A DNA stretch of 64,000 nucleotides from Phycisphaerae bacterium (lineage in GTDB: Bacteria; Planctomycetota; Phycisphaerae; UBA1845). Below the pieces are notes generated by a model. It was not told the origin of the DNA and searched no databases. It was given only the letters and a program-made list of their open reading frames with translations. The DNA is taken from positions 544,001-608,000 of the forward strand of contig CAXXGO010000003.1 in assembly GCA_963666835.2 (NCBI GenBank), given 5' to 3'. The position numbers were made by a program, and so were the translations under genes. Shown in pieces: positions 39,688 through 49,363 of the stretch. Numbering within the stretch: the stretch's first letter is position 1; every line of letters starts with the position of its first letter.

Positions 39688-39808
39688 TTCGGGGCAGCCG
39701 TAGTCAGCCCCGGCGTTGGACCGCAAGAAAGGACGGCGGCGCGGTGAATAACGACCGCAGAAATGGGGACCGAGACAACACGGGAAGCGGTTTGCGACGC
39801 GGTTCGTA

Positions 39809-40279
39809 CTAAGTAACCGGCGCCAACGCCGGCGGGATCATCCACGATACCGCCCAACCCTCCGCATCAACGCGCGAAAGACAGGCAACCGTACCGGCGG
39901 GAAACCGAAAGAGAGAAGCCGCGCCCTCCCCCACAATAAGATACGCAGCCAGGCAGCCAATAAACGGCAGGTGACTGACGACCATCACATCTTCGGTCCA
40001 CTCAGTAATCGTAGCAGCAAAGGCCTCCACGGAGTCGTCGGGCGCCAGTCCCTCAACGGCGGACACGCTTCGACCGGCGGCGACTACCTCGGCCAGCAAT
40101 TCGGCCGTTTCCTGCGCTCGCGTTTTGCCGCTGTGGACTATCCGGTCAACACGGACCCCGGCCCGCCCCAGCCACGCGGCAACCCGTTGGACTTCGGCGC
40201 GCCCGCGGGCACTCAACGGCCGCTCGGGATCCACCTCTTTCGCCACAGCATCACCGTGTCGCACCAGGTAGATTCGCAT
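39809..40279 (-). CDS. sixA: Phosphohistidine phosphatase SixA
   Basis: YLVRHGDA, ERPLSARG, HSGKTRAQETA, VSHLP. Confidence 0.92.
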   Translation of the reverse strand: MRIYLVRHGDAVAKEVDPERPLSARGRAEVQRVAAWLGRAGVRVDRIVHSGKTRAQETAELLAEVVAAGRSVSAVEGLAPDDSVEAFAATITEWTEDVMVVSHLPFIGCLAAYLIVGEGAASLFRFPAGTVACLSRVDAEGWAVSWMIPPALAPVT

Positions 40280-40354
40280 GGTGTTCCGCCTTTCGCCACG
40301 TACAGAAAGCGCTCCAACTACGTCGCGAGAACGGTTACCGCATCCCAGAGAAAG

Positions 40355-41137
40355 TCAGGAGTCTGCGGCAGCCTGCTGCGTCACTCGGTCGATTCCTTCG
40401 AACAGGGCCGATCCGATCCGCACAAGCGTTGCTCCGTACTCGATTCCGTATTCGAAATCGCCGCTCATTCCCAGCGACAGCTCTCTGAAGCGCGGGCCGC
40501 AAATACGCTCGGCAACGAACTCGTCGAATAGCTCCCGCACCCGTTCAAAGGTGTGCCGAGTCACGGTCTCGTCATCGGTCAAAGGCCCCATAGCCATGAG
40601 GCCACGAATGTCGATGTTCTTCAGTGACCGGAGCTGCTCGGCCAGATGGGTAGCCGCAGCCACGGCGATGCCGTGCTTGGCCGGTTCGCCCGATGCGTTG
40701 ACCTCCAGAAGAACCGGAACGACCCGCTTTAGTTTCCCCGCCCGAGCGTCAATCTCTTCTGCAAGCCGCAGGCTGTCCAAGGAGTGGATCATGTCGATCC
40801 AGGGCAGAACCGTCTTGACCTTATTGCGTTGGAGATGGCCCACCATGTGCCAGTGCGGCCGGGGCTTTGCGTCCAGCGAAGGGTTCCGCGCGCGCCGCGC
40901 CAACCACTCGTTAACCATACCGGCGCGCTTGGCCAGCTCCTGGACGCGGCTCTCCCCGAGATGGGGCACCCCCATCTCGACCATCGTCCGCACCACATCG
41001 ATACTGACGTACTTCGTGATCGCCACGAGCGTAACGCTCTCTCTGTCACGACCCGCCCGGCAACACGCGTCTGCGATCCGCTGTTCGACCCGCTTGAGAT
41101 TCTCGGCGAGCTTCCGTCTTACAGCTACCTGTTCCAT
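40355..41137 (-). CDS. yggS: PLP homeostasis protein (YggS/PLPBP)
   Basis: LVAITKY, LGESRVQE, WHMVGHLQRNK, GLMAM, LSLGMSGDF, VRIGSALF. Confidence 0.96.
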   Translation of the reverse strand: MEQVAVRRKLAENLKRVEQRIADACCRAGRDRESVTLVAITKYVSIDVVRTMVEMGVPHLGESRVQELAKRAGMVNEWLARRARNPSLDAKPRPHWHMVGHLQRNKVKTVLPWIDMIHSLDSLRLAEEIDARAGKLKRVVPVLLEVNASGEPAKHGIAVAAATHLAEQLRSLKNIDIRGLMAMGPLTDDETVTRHTFERVRELFDEFVAERICGPRFRELSLGMSGDFEYGIEYGATLVRIGSALFEGIDRVTQQAAADS

Positions 41138-41329
41138 GGCCTCTTGTACTCCCTGGCAACGGCCTGACGCCGACTACCCGCCCCGGTAGTATAACGGCGG
41201 CCGGCGGATCAGACCAAACCGCAGTCGGCCGCCAGTTCCGCCGACGATCCTCGCCCTCAGCCGCCGTCGTCGCGGTGATATCCGCGCCGGGGCTTGAACA
41301 ACGCACCGGTCAACGGGAGGATTAGGCCC

Positions 41330-41938
41330 ATGGCGTCAATCGAAGAAATCATCGTCGACCCCCCGGAGGAAGGTGCCGTAGGCGATCCTGCCGTGTGGTT
41401 CGGATCACCGGGCCCTTTCGAACTTGAAATCGGCAGTGGAAAGGGTGGATTCCTTCTGAGCCGAGCCCGGGCTCGGCCCGATGTCCGGCTGCTCGGCGTC
41501 GAGTGGGCCAGCAAGTTCTTCCGTTTCTGTGCGGACCGCATGGCCCGCTGGGGTCTTGAGAATGTTCGCGTCATGCGTACGGACGCCAAGTTCCTTGTTC
41601 TGCGGCAGTTGCCGCCCGAGTGCGTATCGGTTCTACACTTGTACCACCCCGACCCCTGGCCTAAGAAACGTCACCACAAGCGGCGCTTGGTACAGGCGGA
41701 TTTCGTGGAGGCGGCCGTAGAGGCTCTGGTCCCGGCGGGACGGTGGCTCATCCAGTCAGACCATCAGGAGTATTTTGAACAGATGGCCACCCTGCTCGGA
41801 GGACATCCCGCATTGCAGAGCCTGACGTGGGAAGACGGGCGCTGTGCGGTCGACCCTGACTGGGCCGGTACGAACTTCGAAATCAAGTACACTCGCGAAG
41901 GACGACCCATCTACCGCGCCGCTTTCAGGTTGAAATAG
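41330..41938 (+). CDS. trmB: tRNA (guanine-N7)-methyltransferase
   Basis: LEIGSGKG, HPDPWPKKRHHKRRL, SDH..YF, TNFEIKY; ATG 41330 with GGAGG RBS. Confidence 0.95.
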   Translation: MASIEEIIVDPPEEGAVGDPAVWFGSPGPFELEIGSGKGGFLLSRARARPDVRLLGVEWASKFFRFCADRMARWGLENVRVMRTDAKFLVLRQLPPECVSVLHLYHPDPWPKKRHHKRRLVQADFVEAAVEALVPAGRWLIQSDHQEYFEQMATLLGGHPALQSLTWEDGRCAVDPDWAGTNFEIKYTREGRPIYRAAFRLK

Positions 41939-41944
41939 CGCCGG

Positions 41945-43981
41945 TCACGGGGACTCCAGCGGGGTAAACCGCAATACCAGTCGCGCCGAGAAGTCCCTCT
42001 GGCCGGTTGCATGCACCTCGTAGGATGAGAACTCGAGCATCCGGCCGAGCGAAACCAGCTCGCGAACGGCTTCCACCGGCATCATTGCCGGAGCCTGCCT
42101 ATCGGACAACAGAAGCGGGCGTTGTGTCATCATAACATCCAACATCGAGTCCTCGCGTAACACGCGGAGCACGGGGTTATGAGTGTCATGCGCTCCGGCC
42201 AGCATTTCGCTGAGATCGCTGGCCGGCGACGCCAATCCCAGCAACACGCCATTCACCCCCAGGATTAGGTCGTCGGGCTCCAACACGCCTTCAGCCGGCG
42301 CCCCGTGCTGGACCTCGATGATGCCGACAACTCCAGGATCGAGTTCGGGGTCTATCTCGACGCCGATCTGGCGTCTCAGATCCCGCGCCGCCCCGCTGGG
42401 CGTCCGCCACCAAGTGGGATCGAGCAAAGAGGGCCTATCCTTCTCGACTGCCTCCAGCCAGGAACCAAGCGCTGCCGCCGCAGGACCGGGTTGAACAACC
42501 GACACCGTCTTGCGGTTGGCGCGGTAGAAGTTCAACTCCTGCATCTCCGGGACGGTCGCCAGTCTTGGGATCAACCCGCAGTGTGCGTCGACGATCCGGA
42601 CAATGTGTTCCCGGCTAAGGGCCAATACAAACCACCCCCCCCGAGTCGCCCACGCGGGCTCTACATTCGCCAGAAGGCGCATTATTGGGAACCGTGATCG
42701 CTCGGCATATTGTTTCAGAGAGACGTACGTGATGGGCGTACCAAGATGGGCACTCTGGAGGATCTTGGGCGCGTCGATCGGTTCGACCGGATCGACTACT
42801 CTCAGCAGCTCGATCATCCTGTCGGCAATGCGGCGGACCTCGCGCATGGTGGCGGCACTATCCTGACATTCGACCATTAACGCGACTTGCGGGGTAGCGT
42901 CCTCGGCGGTGAGATCCTGATCCCAAGCGGTCACCACGTGTGGGCCAAGCAAGTCCAAGAAGCCGGGGTCACTCGTCGCTTTCTCATCTGAAACGCCGAG
43001 CAAGGCCAGGTATCTTCCCAATACCCCCGAAGACGGATTACCGATCGCCTCGCGAAAAACGCGCCCAACATCGACGGATGTTGCCGAGGCGAAGAGGGTC
43101 GTCCGAGGAAGCCGCAGCAGGCGACCATAGGCCGGTTGGGTGATCGCGTTACCGGCGCGCGGCACTGTTCGACGGCCCCGGATAGAGAAATCTATGTGCC
43201 CGTCATGTTCGTACATCCCGACGGCCACGCCATCCAACTCCGGTATCAGCCATCTGGGTCCCGAGCCAGCTTCCACCGGTCGGCGGCGCGCAGCATAAGC
43301 GGTCGCCAAGGGCCTCCCAGGAAGATAAGCCGCCAAATCGTGATAGCTCTGAGCTTGTTCGAGAGCGTCCCCTCCCTGCCCGACCATAAGGCGTCCGGTC
43401 TGACTTAGCAGGGACCGGGGACCGCTTCGGCGAGCCATAGCCACGATTCCGTCACGAACGACAACGCGCAGCCCGTCGTTCGTGCGGAACGACCGCACAA
43501 CAGATGTCTGCCCCTCACCCCGTCGCTGGTCCTTCGGGAACCACCGATCGATCACATCCCCGCTACGAACACGGGCCAGCCACACCGCCCCCCCTAGTTG
43601 CGACCAGGAGTCGGCAACCACACCCACCTCGCTCCCCAGAAGCTCATCAATGTCGACCGAGCTACCTCGACCGAGGAATCTGGCGACGGCGGCTCGCAGG
43701 CTTGGCGGCTGGTCTGATCCTTCGCCACCCGCCGCAAGTGGAAGCAATCGGCCTGCGTGGGTTTGCAGCAAAGCGGAATCGACCTCTGCCGGTCTGTGGA
43801 AATCAACGAAGAGCTTGGCCGAAGCGGGAACGAATCTGACAAACGGGGTGAGCCCGGAGGATCGTGGGTCGTCTTGCTGGGCGAACGTGACCGAAGCGAC
43901 TACCGCCGCAACTGTGATTATCGTCACCTGGAAGACGCGCGCCGTGCGAGCTTCTCCCACGCTGCCCTGCGAGAGTATCAT
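41945..43981 (-). CDS. Exported protein with a C-terminal PDZ-like domain
   Basis: Signal-like N-terminus ending VTFAQ; IGVEI...GVVGIIEVQHGAPAEGVLEPDDLILGVNG PDZ signature. Confidence 0.75.
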   Translation of the reverse strand: MILSQGSVGEARTARVFQVTIITVAAVVASVTFAQQDDPRSSGLTPFVRFVPASAKLFVDFHRPAEVDSALLQTHAGRLLPLAAGGEGSDQPPSLRAAVARFLGRGSSVDIDELLGSEVGVVADSWSQLGGAVWLARVRSGDVIDRWFPKDQRRGEGQTSVVRSFRTNDGLRVVVRDGIVAMARRSGPRSLLSQTGRLMVGQGGDALEQAQSYHDLAAYLPGRPLATAYAARRRPVEAGSGPRWLIPELDGVAVGMYEHDGHIDFSIRGRRTVPRAGNAITQPAYGRLLRLPRTTLFASATSVDVGRVFREAIGNPSSGVLGRYLALLGVSDEKATSDPGFLDLLGPHVVTAWDQDLTAEDATPQVALMVECQDSAATMREVRRIADRMIELLRVVDPVEPIDAPKILQSAHLGTPITYVSLKQYAERSRFPIMRLLANVEPAWATRGGWFVLALSREHIVRIVDAHCGLIPRLATVPEMQELNFYRANRKTVSVVQPGPAAAALGSWLEAVEKDRPSLLDPTWWRTPSGAARDLRRQIGVEIDPELDPGVVGIIEVQHGAPAEGVLEPDDLILGVNGVLLGLASPASDLSEMLAGAHDTHNPVLRVLREDSMLDVMMTQRPLLLSDRQAPAMMPVEAVRELVSLGRMLEFSSYEVHATGQRDFSARLVLRFTPLESP

Positions 43982-44089
43982 TGATGAGTTGACCCTGTTA
44001 ACCCCGTCCGTTATTCGACGCCCGCGCGTTACCGCAAGACCGACTTGCGCAGATGTCGAGCCTCTGGAGCTCGCAAACCCGGGCCGCTA

Positions 44090-44755
44090 CTACTCGGAGC
44101 CGCTGTCTGGCACAGCACCGGCATGGGGTGAGGAAGCCTCCGAAACATCATCGGCGGGTGAATCGCCTTCCTGAACACCCGAGGAAACCTCGGCTTGTTC
44201 CAGAACGTCAATCAAGTCGAGTATCCGCCCATCCAGCGCCCGTTGCAGCGATTCTCCGCTCCGGCGTTTCGTATCCAGGCGATCCAAGAACTGTCGACCC
44301 CACTGGTCCAATTCCTGTGTGGTCGGGTCGTCCACTTCGGGGACGGGATTGCCGACTGCGTCTTCGATCAGCGGCATTCCGCCGTCCAAGCTTGACCAAG
44401 TAGCCTCCTGGCCTGCACGCACTCCGACCTGGCGGTCAAAGCTTCCTAAGAAGGCCATCACCACTACCGCGGCCGCGGCGAGTGGCCCGGCGATGTATAG
44501 TCCTCGCCGAACCCGGTGAGTCCAGCGCGAGCGACGTTCGTCCATGCACGCCAGCAGTCGATCGCTGAATCCATCATTTAGTAGTACGGGGTCTTCATCC
44601 GATTCGAGGATGTGCCCGGTCACCTCGAGTAGCGCCAGAGCCCGCCGGCAATCCGGACAACGCAGCCGATGAGCCCCAAGCTCCGTCTCCATCGCCGGCG
44701 ACAGTTCGCCGTCGAGATACGCGTCAAACAACCGACGTGCTTCCTCGCAACGCAT
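44090..44755 (-). CDS. Zinc-finger (zf-HC2) transmembrane anti-sigma factor
   Basis: MRCEEARRLFDAYLDGEL...HRLRCPDC; TM LYIAGPLAAAAVVVMAFL; directly downstream of an ECF sigma gene. Confidence 0.9.
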   Translation of the reverse strand: MRCEEARRLFDAYLDGELSPAMETELGAHRLRCPDCRRALALLEVTGHILESDEDPVLLNDGFSDRLLACMDERRSRWTHRVRRGLYIAGPLAAAAVVVMAFLGSFDRQVGVRAGQEATWSSLDGGMPLIEDAVGNPVPEVDDPTTQELDQWGRQFLDRLDTKRRSGESLQRALDGRILDLIDVLEQAEVSSGVQEGDSPADDVSEASSPHAGAVPDSGSE

Positions 44756-44815
44756 GGTCCGATCTCGTCAAAGTACCTCAAGCGAACGATCCGTTCCGTT
44801 CGCGTCCATTCCCTT

Positions 44816-45433
44816 CTACCCCACTTGCCCCGAAAGATTGCGAAGATGATGCAATTCCTGATCGCTTAGGGATTCCAATAACTCCCGCAGACGCTTACGG
44901 GCCCGGTGAAGGTGGCTTTTGACCGTTGCCACGGGCAACTCCAGAACCCGCGCGATCTCCTGACAGCTAAACTCCTGCCGATAAAAGAGCAACACGGTGG
45001 CCCGCTGAACGGGGGTAAGGCGGTCAACCGCGTGCCAGACCGTGTCTTTGAGCCGCCCGGCGTCCTCGGATTCCAACGATGCCGCGGAATTGTCATTATT
45101 CGCCAGGGGCAGTGTCAGCACATCGACATCGGTCCCCTGGGTCCGCTTGCTGCGCATGCGGTTAAGGCAGACGCGGTATCCGATCGTGAACAGCCACGTG
45201 CTGAACCGATACTCCACGGAGAAGGTATCGAGCGAGGCAAACGCCTTCAGGAAGGCGTCCTGGCAGATCTCCTCGGCATCATGGTGGTTACGGATCATCC
45301 GCCAGATGAAAGCGAAGAGGCGATCCTTGTGATTGTCGACCAACTCGCGCACGGCCCCCCTATCGCCGCTACGCGCGCGACCGATGAGCTGCCGCTCATA
45401 CTCCCGGCTAACCGTCCCGGTACTTTGAGTCAC
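44816..45433 (-). CDS. ECF RNA polymerase sigma factor (SigW/RpoE-like)
   Basis: DAEEICQDAFLKAF, FSTWLFTI, EIARVLELPVATVKSHLHRAR. Confidence 0.94.
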   Translation of the reverse strand: MTQSTGTVSREYERQLIGRARSGDRGAVRELVDNHKDRLFAFIWRMIRNHHDAEEICQDAFLKAFASLDTFSVEYRFSTWLFTIGYRVCLNRMRSKRTQGTDVDVLTLPLANNDNSAASLESEDAGRLKDTVWHAVDRLTPVQRATVLLFYRQEFSCQEIARVLELPVATVKSHLHRARKRLRELLESLSDQELHHLRNLSGQVG

Positions 45434-45577
45434 TGGTGCACCTACCTCACACAGCCATTATAACCCTCGAATCGTCCCAACGTTGCAGTTGAGCCCCTCT
45501 ACTATAGAATCGGCCGCGAACGGCCGGATGCAAGGGCAGGATCGTATTTTCTGCAAACTATTTACAGAACAGTGTTT

Positions 45578-46050
45578 ATGAGCAAGAGTCAGGCGTCCGA
45601 TAACTCGATTTGCCGCAATCGCAAGGCCGGGTACCGCTTCGAGATACTCGAAAAGTACGAATGCGGCGTCGTCCTGCTCGGCACGGAGGTCAAGAGCTTG
45701 CGCGAGCGTAACGCCTCCCTGGACGAGGCTTTTGCACGCCTGGATCGCGACGAACTCTGGCTGCTGGGGTTTCATATCGCCCCCTACAGCTTCGGGCACA
45801 CGACCAATCACGAGCCCATGCGCCGCCGGAAGCTGCTTCTGCATTCCGGGAGATTCGCAAGATTAAGCCGAAAGTGGAGCAACGCGGGCTGACCCTGGTG
45901 CCACTGCGAGCGTACTTCAACGAACGCGGGATCGCCAAAATCACGATCGCGGTCGCCCGTGGTAAGAAGCTGGTCGACAAGCGGCAGGATCACAAGGCTC
46001 GGGACCACGGCCGGGAGATGGAAAGAGCGATGCGCCGATCACGGCGATAG
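45578..46050 (+). pseudogene. smpB: SsrA-binding protein SmpB with an apparent 1-nt deletion near 45845-45850 (possibly a sequencing error)
   Basis: NRKAGYRFEILEKYECGVVLLGTEVKSLR...RRRKLLLHS; the frame then shifts by -1 and continues (R)[23 protein letters not shown]...GKKLVDKRQ to TAG at 46050. Confidence 0.9.
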
Positions 46051-46112
46051 CCCCACCGTCAAGACTGCGATCAGGGATCACCATCTGCCTGGATCCGGAC
46101 TCCTCCAGCCCT

Positions 46113-47564
46113 TCAGCTTTCAGAGGACGAATCTTCGGAGCGATGCGGAACCAGCATACTGAAGACCGGGTTGACTGCGAGTGACACCAGCATGCCTATC
46201 GTACCCGCTTCCGGGGAAGAGGATCCTCGGGCAAACAGCACAATGCAGGTACCCAAGCCCAGGACGGACGACGACACCGCTCCGAAGCGATTCACCCGTC
46301 GGCTAAGCAGACCCCAGACGAACGGGCCAAGGAACACCGCGCCGATTGCCCCCCAGGATATGCTAAGTATGGCTACAATGGTCTCCAACCGCCTGGCCGC
46401 CAGAACAACTGACGCTAACACGAATAGCAAGCTTGCACCGCGCATTAATAGAGTCAGCCGTGCGTCACTGGCGCTCGGATTGATGAAACCGGCGTAAACG
46501 TCCTTCACAACCGCAGCACTCGAGATCAAGACCAGAGCGGCCAGGGTCGACATCGAGGCCGACAGCACCAACAATAGAATGAGTACCGATAGCGATTCAG
46601 GCACGACATTGGCCAGCAGCTCCGGCATGAGCCTGTCGAAGACCGGCTTGCCCTCAGCAAAGGCGTTCGGAGCAATCTCGGGCGACAGAAACAACCGCGT
46701 AGTTGCCCCGGTGAAATAGGCCGTTCCACCGATCAGAACGGCCAACCCCGTCGAGGCGACCATGCCGATCCTGATCGACCGGTCGTCTTTGATCGCATAG
46801 AATTTCTGGAGAAGCTGCGGCATTCCAAAGGGAGCCACACTAGTCAGAAAGACCAGACAGAAAAGCGGCCACACACCCGGCGGTCCTACCCATCCCGCCA
46901 GCTTGGGGTTGATCTCCGAGAGACCTCGGCTGATACCGGCTACGCCATTACCCTTGCCTATCGTAAACCACAGCAGGATCGAGACTCCTAAGACCATAAT
47001 CATGCCGAAGCACACATCGATCAACGCCATCGATTTATAACCGCCGAGCACCAGGTACATCGCGGTGAACGTGCCCATTATGATGACTGCTGTGACGAAC
47101 TCTATGTCAAAATGGGATTGGAAAAGATAGGAGAGCCCCATGAATACGGCTGAGGAGTACGGCACGAAGAATACGAACACGCAGATTGCCGCAAACAGCT
47201 TCAAAAACCGGCTATTGTAGCGCTTTTCGAAGAACTCAGGCATGGTATGCGCCCCGAGGGCGATGGATGTCTCCTTGATCCGCTTGCCGAGCAGCCACCA
47301 TACGCCAAGAACGCCAACGAACGCGTTACACGCGGCGATCCACAACCCGGAATACCCAAACGCCCAGCCGATCTTGCCGGCGAAGCCGATAAAGAGCACC
47401 GCGGAGAAATACGCGGCCGCGTACGTGAACGCGGTCATCCAAGGCCCGATCCCGCGCCCCCCGAGGAAGAAATCGGAGAACGAGCGGGTCTTTCTCATCC
47501 CCCACACCCCCACGAACACGATCATCAGAGCGTAGGCGGCAAGGACGATCCCCTTCAGCAACAT
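46113..47564 (-). CDS. Sodium:solute symporter (PutP/PanF-like)
   Basis: DFFLGGRGIGPW, FIGFAG, TMPEFFEKRY, FGMPQLLQKFYA, SASMST; multi-TM; ATG 47564. Confidence 0.93.
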   Translation of the reverse strand: MLLKGIVLAAYALMIVFVGVWGMRKTRSFSDFFLGGRGIGPWMTAFTYAAAYFSAVLFIGFAGKIGWAFGYSGLWIAACNAFVGVLGVWWLLGKRIKETSIALGAHTMPEFFEKRYNSRFLKLFAAICVFVFFVPYSSAVFMGLSYLFQSHFDIEFVTAVIIMGTFTAMYLVLGGYKSMALIDVCFGMIMVLGVSILLWFTIGKGNGVAGISRGLSEINPKLAGWVGPPGVWPLFCLVFLTSVAPFGMPQLLQKFYAIKDDRSIRIGMVASTGLAVLIGGTAYFTGATTRLFLSPEIAPNAFAEGKPVFDRLMPELLANVVPESLSVLILLLVLSASMSTLAALVLISSAAVVKDVYAGFINPSASDARLTLLMRGASLLFVLASVVLAARRLETIVAILSISWGAIGAVFLGPFVWGLLSRRVNRFGAVSSSVLGLGTCIVLFARGSSSPEAGTIGMLVSLAVNPVFSMLVPHRSEDSSSES

Positions 47565-47624
47565 CTGGCTACTCCCTTCGCGAGCCGCATGCACCGGCCG
47601 CGCAGCCTCGTAAGTAACTAAGGT

Positions 47625-49058
47625 CTAGAAGCTGATACTAAGTTCGGCCCGCAGGAAGGCGGCCGGGTCATTACGCTCGTTGGTGTAATAATCGCCCGGG
47701 AAGAACAGCTCCGCTATCAGGTGACCGCTGACGTTGTCGGTGAACTTGTAGGCCAGCTTCCCGGCCAGCAGTTGCCCACGGAAGCAGCCGCTGCCGCTGA
47801 ATCCATCCTGCCCGGCGAACGTGTTCTGGTCGGCAAACAACAAGTGGTAGTCGGAACGTAGCTCCATCTTCTCCGTTGGATGCCCCGTCCACCCCATGGT
47901 AAGCCGGTGGAGATTCGTCATATCTCCCAGCCGCGTCTCCCCGGCATAGGTGAAGATGTACAGCTCGCTAAAGCGAGGCCAGCGTCCCCACAGCGTGTCG
48001 AACGCCTCCACGACATCCGTTCCGGGATCGTCGCCGGACAGATACTCATAATCGAGCCGAAAGACGCTGTTCCACTTGTCGGCCGTCGCGTAGGTCAGCC
48101 TGGCGAGAGCCCCGAACGCGCACATCCGCTCACCGTTCTTCCTTCCGAATTGCCCGGCGAGGTTACCCCGCAGTTTCCAGCGATCGTTGAAACGATGCTC
48201 GGCTCGAGCCCCTATGGTGTAGATCTCGGCATCGTCTCCGTCGGGCAGTTCCGCGTTGGTTTTCTTGTAGATGAAGTACCCGTCGAGCTGCGTCTGCGGC
48301 AACGTCGTATTAGTCACCCACACGATCGCTCCGGTCTCGTCCTGTTCGATCAACGGGCGATCGCGATTGGAGATCGGATAGAACCAGTTCTCCCCGTGGG
48401 CATCTTGCTCCAAGTAGATTAGGTCCAACCGGGTCTCGATCTCCGTGAACTCGGCAGTGAGCCGGACCGCATCGAAGTACACCGACGACGACCCATCCAA
48501 CGGGGTGCCGTCCATCACCAGCCACCGGTCCCCGAGCATCAGTTCCTGCCGCCCGGCCTGCAGAGTGAACGGAGAACCGCCGATACTCTTCAACTTCACG
48601 TTGAGCCAGTCAATCATGAGCGAAGTCGGAGCCCAATTGTCCCGGCTGAGGGGGCGATCATAGTGTTTGCCCTCCCAGGCCAGGCGGAGGTTGAACTCGA
48701 CGTCTTCAACCGGCGTAACGGTTGTCCAGATGCGGACTCGCTGGCGTTGCCAGTGCCACTCGTGCCCGGCGGCCTTGCGGTCCAGGGTGAACACGTTGCC
48801 CATATAGGTTTCGCGTAGCCGGATGTCCATGCCCCACTCCAACCAGGGCACGGGGTTCGTGATCTTGTCCAACAGGCTCGGGGGGGCGTCGGGAGCCTCA
48901 TCCTCGGCGAACACCGCGTCAGAGACTGCCAGGGCGAGGCTTGTGCTCTCACCTCCCGGGGGCTCGGCACCCCGGGCATGACCCGACGCGAACGGGCCGA
49001 GAGACCACAGAGTCAATCCGACTATCACGGGCGAACTGAAGAGCCTCACTTTGTTCAT
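47625..49058 (-). CDS. Outer-membrane beta-barrel, alginate export (AlgE-like) family
   Basis: ATG 49058 with AAGGAG RBS; signal peptide; GRQELMLGDRWL, FDAVRL, YEYLSGDD; C-terminal Phe (ELSISF). Confidence 0.8.
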   Translation of the reverse strand: MNKVRLFSSPVIVGLTLWSLGPFASGHARGAEPPGGESTSLALAVSDAVFAEDEAPDAPPSLLDKITNPVPWLEWGMDIRLRETYMGNVFTLDRKAAGHEWHWQRQRVRIWTTVTPVEDVEFNLRLAWEGKHYDRPLSRDNWAPTSLMIDWLNVKLKSIGGSPFTLQAGRQELMLGDRWLVMDGTPLDGSSSVYFDAVRLTAEFTEIETRLDLIYLEQDAHGENWFYPISNRDRPLIEQDETGAIVWVTNTTLPQTQLDGYFIYKKTNAELPDGDDAEIYTIGARAEHRFNDRWKLRGNLAGQFGRKNGERMCAFGALARLTYATADKWNSVFRLDYEYLSGDDPGTDVVEAFDTLWGRWPRFSELYIFTYAGETRLGDMTNLHRLTMGWTGHPTEKMELRSDYHLLFADQNTFAGQDGFSGSGCFRGQLLAGKLAYKFTDNVSGHLIAELFFPGDYYTNERNDPAAFLRAELSISF

Positions 49059-49363
49059 CCGGCAAGTTCTCCTTATAAGGCTCCGGGCGACCATCAAAGG
49101 ACCGTCGCGGTTGGAACCGCCGTACTCCCCGGGCCGGCCGCCCCGGGCGCAATCGACCCCGCACCGTACCCCGAGGCTGGGGAATCCTATCATGAACCCG
49201 TGGTTTTCCGCCAGCTTACCCGCTGATAGCCCATCATGTAGCGTTTTGTGTGCTCGGATTGCCCGCGTTGTCGTCGGACAGTAAAATCTGCGCCCACGTC
49301 GACGGCCAAGCCGTCCTAACCAAGCTAACAACGAGTTCCTACGCTATACGAGGAGACCCTTAG

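Noticed and set aside
45835..45860. Programmed -1 ribosomal frameshift in smpB
   Set aside because: No X-XXY-YYZ slippery site; a sequencing or recent mutational indel is simpler
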